The notes beneath the pieces are model-generated. The model was not told the DNA's origin. It did no database searches and worked only from the letters and a program-made list of their open reading frames with translations. A DNA stretch of 64,000 nt from the human T2T-CHM13v2.0 reference genome, Homo sapiens. Positions 54,801 through 64,000 of this stretch are shown one piece after another. The number at the start of each line of letters is the position of its first letter. Position 1 is the stretch's first letter. The position numbers were made by a program, and so were the translations under genes. The stretch lies in the NCBI RefSeq assembly GCF_009914755.1, contig NC_060947.1, one strand, 5' to 3'.

Positions 54801-57542
54801 AGGGTTTAGTTTGTTCTTGTTTCTCTAGTTCTTGAGGTGTGACATTAGGTTGTCAATTTGTGATCTTTCAGCCTTTTGGATGTCAGTGTTTAGCACTATA
54901 CGCTTTCCTCTTAGCACCGCTTTGGCTGTATCCCAGAAGTTTTGACAACTTGTGTCACTATTATTATTCATCTCAAAATTTGTTTTTAATTTCCATCTTG
55001 ATTTCATTGTTAATCCAAAAATCACTAAGGAGAAGATTGTTTAATTTCTGTATATTTGTATAATTTTGAGGGTTCCTTTTTGAGTTGATTTTTAGTTTTT
55101 TTCCACTGTTGTCTGAGAAGACACTTGGTATGAGTTTGAACTTCCAAATTTGTTGAAACTTGCTTTGTGACCCATGACATGGTCTATCTTCGAGAATGTT
55201 TTGTGTGCTGATGAGAGGAATGTATATTCTGCAGTTGTTAGGTAGAATGTTCTGTAAGTATCTGTTAGATTCATTTGTTTTAGAGTGTAGTTAATAACCA
55301 TTGGATTTTTTGGTTAACTTTCTGTCTCAATGATCTGTATAGTGCTGTCAGTGGAGTATTCAATTATCCCACTATTACTGTGTTACTTTCTGCCTTAATT
55401 CTTAGGTTTTGTACTAATCGTTTTAGAAATCTGGGAGCTCCAAAGTTAGGTGCATATAAATTTTGGATTGTGATATCTTCTCATTGGATTGATAATTTTA
55501 TCATTACATAATGTCCTTCTGTTTTTTTTTTTTTTTTTACTGTTGTTGCTTTAAAGTCTGTGTAGTCTAATATAAAAAGGGCTAATCTTGCTCACTTCGG
55601 GTTTTCATTTGCATGGAATATCTTTTTCAACCCCTTTACCTTGAATTTATATGAATCCTTATGTGTTAGGTGAGTTTCTTGAAGACACCAGCTATTTGGT
55701 TTGTTACTTTTTGTTCATTCTGCCAATCTGTGTCTTTTCAGTGGAGGATGTAGGCCATTTATGTCCAATGCTAATATTGAGACGTGAGGTACTCTTCCAG
55801 TCATCATGTTAATTGTTACCTAAATACTTTGTTTTCTTTGTTGTGTTATTCTTTCATAGACCTTGTGAGCTTTATGCTTTCAAGAGGTTTTATTCTGGTG
55901 CATATTGATCTTTTGTTTCAAGACTTGGTGCTCATTTTATTATTCATTGTAGGTCTGCTCTGGTATTAACAAATGCCCTCAGCATTTTTTTGTCTGAAAA
56001 TGACTGTATTTCTTTTTCATTCATAAAATCTTAGTTTTCCTGGATACAAAATTCTTGACTTATGCTTATTCTGTTTAAGGAAGCTGAAGTTAGGACCCCA
56101 GTACTTTCTAGCTTGCATGGTTGCTTCTGAAAAGCCTGCTGTTAATCTGATCAGTTTTCCTTAATAGGTTACTTGATGCTTTAGTCTCAGTGATCTTAGA
56201 ATTCTATCCTTCACGTTTACTGTAGATAGCATGATGATGTTACACCTTGCTGATTCCCTTTTTTCAATTAATCCCTCTGGAATTTTTTGAGCATTGGTAT
56301 ATGGACATCTAAGTCTGTAGCAAGGCCAGGGATGTTTTGCTCAACTATTCCCTCAAATAAATTTCCCTAACTTTTTGCATTATCTTCTCCCTCAGGTACA
56401 CCAATTATTCTTGTATTTGGCAATTTTACATAATCCCATATTTCTTGGAGACTTTATCTATTTCTTTTGATCCCTTCTTATTATTACCAGAATTATTTTT
56501 CTTGTTTCCTTTTATTTGGGTAGACAATTTGTTCTAATTGTTCTTGATTTTATTTTCCATTAGACTATTTTATTATTGTTATTTTATCTCTTAAGATTGT
56601 AACTTAATGAGTATAATTTATTGTAGCCTAATTTGGCTCTTGGTCCTTTTAGAGGTAAAGACTTCATATCGATTCTTGGTTATAGAGAGCCTTTGTATGA
56701 TGGCTTTTGCAGATGCTGGCTGTCCCAGCATCTGCAAAAAGCCATGATGCAAATGTCCCAGCTTTGACAGAGGTGGCTGGGTGAGCTCTCAGTGAAATAC
56801 ACTGAGGTCTTATCACGGGAAAAGTGGGGACCACCTCAGCTCCCCTGCCAAACCAGCAGAAAAGCAATGCAACTTGCAGACACACTCCTCACCCATTGTT
56901 CTGGCTATTCAAATCAGACAGGCACCTCTTTTATCAGCAGGAATGTTGCTTTTCCAAGTAGAGAGGAATTGTGACGCTAGCCCTTGTGCAAGACTGAACC
57001 TGGAGGTCACTCCTTCTGTAGGATGCAGTCATTCTGAAGTGTCCCAGAAAGGCTATCTATAGTTGTGCCCACACTGAGTTTTCATGGGAGAAGCCTCAGC
57101 TGTGTCTGCAATGGTGGATGAGGGAGGAAAATGAATCCCCTTCCTAAAGACTATTCACAAGTACCAGAGCTGCCTGACTCTTGGGTAATATCTGTTGACT
57201 TTCCCCATTTAGCCCAGCATAGCACCTGCACCTCTGCTGAAAGAAACTTCCCACCAGCAGAAAGTTCTGGGACTCAAGGCCTATCATCTGGATTATTTTG
57301 TCCCATGGAGCATTCTCTTAATATGGTGCACTCTTCCTTTTCCTAGGGGTATAAGTCCCTGAGGGCCAGACTACTGTTAATGCTGCTGTTCCTCTGTGTC
57401 TAGCTGCAGAGTAGGGCTGCCACATTCCAGGCTGGTGCTGGGGAATGTCTGCAAGGGATCAAGAGTTAAGCCTTCCCGATGGAGACAGCAACTGAAGCTT
57501 TCAGACCATGCCCTCCCAGTCTGCCGACTGGGCAGACTGGGG
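51873..57542 (-). mobile_element. Near full-length L1PB-type element (3'UTR, ORF2, partial ORF1, 5'UTR)
   Basis: L1PB 3' motif; ORF2 peptides LFSDDMII, KFSKVSGYKINV, LFNKWCWQNW, TFSKIDH; GC-richer 5'UTR at ~56700-57540. Confidence 0.92.
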
Positions 57543-58690
57543 CTGGGCATCTTGTGTTTTATCTGCCAACTGTAACTAGAAAGATTTTATTGTTAGAGGG
57601 TTTCAAAATGTCCCCACATGTAAAAGTTAGTTGTCATTACTTTGGTTTTGTAAGTTAGCATAGTGTAATAACCAGTTTATTGAATTGCCTGTAATACTTC
57701 TATCTCAACTCTGATCAATCTGCTTACCAATATTTTAGTGACATATTTTTCAGATGCAATAACTCACTGGTCACTTCCAACAACTGTCTAATATTCAGAT
57801 ATTGGGATCTCTTTAAGGTGGCACAAATTCAACTACTTCTAAAACATCCACTTGACCAAAGTAAAACTCAAATATTAGTGCCACGCCAAGATGGTGAACA
57901 AGTTGGCTGCCCTCACTGCCTTATGGAATCTTCTATATTGAAAACTGGCACCTGACTCTGTACTTATGCACAAGTCTTCAAAATCTGGGAAACATTGATT
58001 ATGCTCTCCCAGTAAGTTTTTTTTTCACCATTTGTCACCTAGGTGGCAAGAAGAACCTACAGATTTTCTGCTGCCCACCCAGCATTCAAATGGGGAGAAG
58101 GGTGAGCTGTCTTTCTTACACGTACCCTTAACCCTGGGGACTATCTTACCTAGTTTGAAAGGAAAAAGATAAAAGTCAAAGCTTAATCTATTTTTATTAA
58201 TTCCCTTCCAATAATCTCTTTTGAATTTCTTTCTTTTTTCTGAGAAAAGTTAGAAGTGATAATGATGGTTGGATTTATTCTTTATTTTAGCAAATTCTGT
58301 ATAGATACATCTAGCACCTTGCTTTAGAATATGCAGACACTATTGTACTTTCTTCTAAGTTTGAGGCTTCAGCCAAATTTCTGAAACAATAGGGAACACT
58401 TAACTTGCTGATACATTATTTAATTCACATTGACTAATAGAACTAATTTAATTACAAAATACAAGAATTTTAAAATGATTAATAAGCCTCATGTGTGATG
58501 CTTATTGACAACTTAGTATATTCAAGTTAAATGTAGACTCTGTAATTATCTGATCTCAGTGAATCCATCATTTAAAAACAATCCATTCTGCCTTAATAAA
58601 TGATCTATGATCTTAAGATTTAGAACTCTGAAGGATGACTTCTAATGAACTTGGGATTCATATTATTTCATTTCTTACCATTTAATTTAA

Positions 58691-59091
<401 letters not shown>

Positions 59092-59928
59092 TTAGCACTT
59101 CTGCCATTTCGTTTTTTAATTCTTATGTTTTAAAATTGATATATTGTTATTGTAGATATCTATGGGGTAAAATTTGATGCTTCAATACATATCTTTGCTA
59201 TATAATCACTCAGTCTGAGTATTTAGTGTATCTATCGCCTCCTGCATTCATCATTTATTTGTTTTAAGAGCATTCAAAAATGTCTCTTCTAGCTGTTTTA
59301 TAATATGCATTATTTTACTGTTAACCATCTATCGCACCTGCAATAGAACACCAAAATTTATTCCTCCTACATAATTGTAACTTTGTACCCATTACCCATC
59401 ATCTTCCAAACCTCCTGCCCTCTCCTTTTCACCATCTCTGGTAGCCACTGTTCTTCTCTGCTTCTACGACATCATTTTTTTTTTTCCTTTTTTTCAGATT
59501 CCACATATGAGTGAAATCATGCAGTGTTTGTCTTTCTGTGTCTGGTATATTTCAATTAGCTTCATGTCCTCCAGGTTCATCTATTTTGTCACAAATAATA
59601 GAATTTCATTTTGTTTTACGGAAGAATAGCATTCCATTGTATACCATATTTTCTTTATCAATTTATCCATTGTGGGATACATACGTTGATTTTACATATT
59701 CACTAGTGTAAATAATGCTGCAATAAACATAGAAGTGCAGGTATCGTGTTGACATACTGATATATTTTCCTTTTAGATATATGTGCAGTAGTGGGATTGC
59801 TAAGTCATGTGGTAATTCTATTTTTAATTTTTTAAAAAGAAACTCCATAGTGTTTTTCATCATAACTGTACTAGTTTGCAATCCCACCAGCAGTGTGTAA
59901 GTGATCCTTTTTTCCTCATCCTCACCAA

Positions 59929-60340
59929 TTTAAAAAAACAGCCTGTATGGCAAATAGTTATTCTTGCTTCACTTCATGCAAATAATCAGACCAAGAATAG
60001 TAAGACTAAAACGTATTTTGCAAATAAATTGGTCCCAGTATGATTTGTCTGTAGTAAAAATGAGGGGCTGGAGAGAGGAAAAATATGATTCTGAAGAAAC
60101 TGTAGTATACCTGTTATTAAATTCTAGCCTTGTGCATTGTTTTCCATTTTTATTATTTGTCTACAATTTTCCTGGACTAGATCCTGAATTCTTTCCTGCC
60201 TACGGGCCTCCAAACTAACATTTTCAATTTTTTTTCTCTCCTATTCTTCTGACTTAGAATCACTAAAAATTAAAACTGTGCTCTTCTTAAAGTCCTGCAA
60301 GCTTATGCTAGACAACTTAAACTTTGAGAGAAATAATAGC

Positions 60341-60379
<39 letters not shown>

Positions 60380-61342
60380 TACCTGCTGATATATGGATGT
60401 CTCAGTAATACAGCTTAAATCAATTTTCCAGAATTGATTTTCTCTTTGTTGCTATAATCTGGCTTTGGTCTTTTTTTTCTCCTCCCTTTTTTTTTCTTCT
60501 TACTTCCTCCCTCTATTTCTCTCTGTGGGACACCAGACTTCATGACCTCCTATAATGAGTTTTTCTTACAACGTGGGATCTAACCTTCTAGGGATAAACC
60601 TCAGTGACCAGGGATCAGGCAAAAACCCATAACCAACTTATTTTCTTCTACATTGCTTTCTGTGAAATATTTTGAAGAATGGAGGGGGAATGTGAAAGGA
60701 AAATAATATCTCAGGACCCCAAATTCACTACACCAAATGAATAATTCAGCTTGGGAACTGAGTCACACAAACAAAACAAAGCAAAACAGAACAACTGCGA
60801 TCCTTTATGTTTCCAAACAGATAACTGCAATATCGAAGGCCACCCTATCTCCCCAGGTGGCCTCGCTCACAAATTGCTCATGAGGAAATTCCTTGAGGAT
60901 CCCAAAATCTTTCACAATACGTATCCCCCTACAAATTAATCCTGAATCAGAGTTCTGTTTAATCTCATCCTGACAATGTAAATTAACAGCTTAACTTCAC
61001 AGGTACCAAAAAAAGATAAGACTAGAAATCAGGCCTTAGCCTACCCCAAGACAAATATATATTTGACTTCTTTCTCTGCTCCATGCTTACTTTATCTTAT
61101 GTTAAATGTAGATCTAGCATGCACAAGATGAATGTATAATTATCTTTGTTTTAACTTTTTCTCCTTCCCCTCCTGCCCACTCTTTTCTCTTTAAATATTG
61201 AAGTCGTCAAAACTCTTTTTGGAAAAAACACAAGCCACAGATCCTAGTGTAACTTGTGTTTCTTTTTCCCAGGCACATACTCAACATTGGCAAAATAAAC
61301 CTCCAAGTTGATTGAGATCTGTCTCGAGAGTTTGGGTTTACA
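59929..61342 (+). mobile_element. MER4-group ERV1: 3' internal remnant, polypurine tract and 3' LTR (60691-61342)
   Basis: PPT gaagaatggagggggaa immediately before tgtgaaaggaaaataa...; LTR ends aataaacctcc...gggtttaca (TG...CA). Confidence 0.85.
60344..60378. repeat. (TG)n microsatellite
   Basis: Directly visible. Confidence 0.95.
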
Positions 61343-61488
61343 TGTTGTCATTCTCACCGGAGCGAACTGTTATCTCATTGTGGTTTCAATTTACATTTCC
61401 CTTATGACAGTGATGTTGAGCATTTTTTTATATATTTGAACATTTGTATGTCTTTTAATAACTGTCTATTTAGGTCTTTTGCCCATTT

Positions 61489-62189
<701 letters not shown>

Positions 62190-62338
62190 TAATCTGCACA
62201 TATTTTCTACCATCATGTAGGCTTTCTTTTTAAGTTTCCTTTGCTGTGCAAAAGTATTTTAGTTTGATATAATCCTATTTGTCTATTTTTGTTGTTGTTG
62301 TTTGTACTTTTGAGGTCTTGATTTAAAAATCTCTGCCC

Positions 62339-62505
62339 AGAATGATGGTTTCCGGCTTCATCCATGTCCCTACAAAGGACATGAACTCATCCTTTTTTAT
62401 GGCTGCATAGTATTCCATGGTGTACATGTGCCACATTTTCTTAATCCAGTCTATCATTGATGGACATTTGGGTTGGTTCCAAGTCTTTGCTATTGTGAAC
62501 AGTGC
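62339..62505 (-). mobile_element. Internal L1PA fragment with no poly(A) tail or TSD
   Basis: Near-consensus ORF2 C-terminus [50 protein letters not shown]. Confidence 0.92.
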
Positions 62506-63614
62506 ATTCCTTTGTAATTTGGATGCCTTTTCTTTCTTTCTCTTGCATAATTGCTCTGGCTGGGTCATCCAGTACTATGTTGAATAGATGTGGTAACAGA
62601 GGGCAGCCTTGTCTTTTTCCTGATCTTAGAAAAAAAAGCTTTCAACTTTTCCTCATTCAGTATGATGTTAGCTATGAGTTTGTCATGTATGGTCTTTACT
62701 GTGTTGAAGGACTTTCTATACTTAATTTGGTCAGAGTTTTTTTCATTAAGGTATGTTAAATGTTGTCAACTGCTTTTTCTGTGTCTATTGAAATGATCAT
62801 ATAGATTTTTGTCTTTCCATTACTATGGTTTAATCACATTCATCAATTTTTGTATGTTAAAGGACCTCCCTGCATCTTTCACTTGATCATAGTGAATGAT
62901 CTTTTTAATGGGCTGTTGGGTTTGGTTTGCTACTATTTTGATGAGACTTTTTCATATATGTTCATCAGGGACATTGACCAGTAATTTTCTTTTTTAGTTG
63001 TGTCTTTGTCCAGTTTTGGATTCAAGGTAATTCTGGCCTCATAAAATGAGTTCAAAAGTATTCCCTCCCATTTGATTTTCTAGAATAGTTTGAGGAAAAT
63101 TGGTATTGTTTCTTCTTTAAATATTTGATAGAATTCATCAAAGAAGCAATCAGGTTTTGAGCTTTTCTTTAATGAAATGCATTTTATTCCTGATTCATTT
63201 TTCTCACTCATTGTTGGTCTGTTCTGGCTATCTATTTCTTGATAATTTAATCTTGATAGGTTGTATGTGTGCAGAAATTTATCCATTTCTTCTATCTCAT
63301 CAAACTTATTGACATATGGTTGTTCATAATAATTTCTTATGACCTTTTGTATATCTGCAGTATCAATTGCAGTGTCTTCATTCTCATCTTTCCAATTTCA
63401 TTGATTTAAATATTCTTTTTTTCTTAGTCAAGCTAAAGGCTTGTTAATTTTTCTAATTTTTGAAAGACCCAACTCTTTATTTCATTGATCTTTGAATTAT
63501 ATTTTTAGTCTTTAATGTATTTTCTCTCTGAGTTTTCTAATTTCCTTCCTGTTATCAATTTTGGGTGTAGTTTGCTTTTGTTTTCCTAGTTACTTGAGGG
63601 TGTTGATTGCAAAT

Positions 63615-63969
63615 TAATATGGATAGGCTTTGTGTTCCCACCCAAATCTCATTTTGAATTGTAATCCCCAGGTGTTGAGGAAGGAACCTATTGGGAGGTG
63701 ATCGGATCATGGGAGAAGTTTCTCCCATTCTGATCTTGTGATAGTGAGTGAGTTCTCATGAGATCTGATGGTTTTATAAGTGCTTGAAAGTTTCTGCCCC
63801 TGCCACCGTGTGACAACGGTCCTTTCTGCCTGCTTCCCCTTCTGCCATAATTGTAAGTTTCCTGAGGTCTCCCCAGCCATGTGGAACTGTGAGTCAATTA
63901 AACTTCTTTCTTTATAGATTACCCAGTCTTGGGTGTTTATTTATAGCAGTGCAAAAATGGACTAATGCA
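63615..63969 (+). mobile_element. THE1-type solo LTR
   Basis: taatatgg...ccccacccaaatctc...aaaatggactaatgca; TSD caaat / aaaat. Confidence 0.92.
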
Positions 63970-64000
63970 AAAATGTCTCTTCTTTTTTTAATGCAGGCAT

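Overview
Primate (human-like), AT-rich, CpG-depleted non-coding DNA, either intergenic or deep inside an intron. Much of it is interspersed repeats: nine Alus, about ten L1 pieces (L1PA/L1PB/L1MA/older L1M, mostly on the minus strand), two full-length THE1/MST MaLR proviruses plus solo or partial MaLR LTRs, a MER4-group ERV1 remnant, hAT DNA transposons (MER58A-, MER94-, MER63-, MER53-like), MIRs, L2 and microsatellites. No credible protein-coding gene, RNA gene or CRISPR-like array is present, and the ORF track is explained by repeat remnants and chance. I did not find a convincing new biological system. The best second-look items are retrotransposition and repair scars: an L1PA 3' end split into two contiguous pieces, a mosaic THE1 LTR, a fold-back hairpin at an L1 5' junction, a twin-primed L1 and a ~23-bp TPRT insertion. 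Two tiny CpG clusters also stand out, one coinciding with a candidate minus-strand exon. Subfamily names are by-eye calls from remembered consensus motifs, and boundaries of old repeats are approximate.
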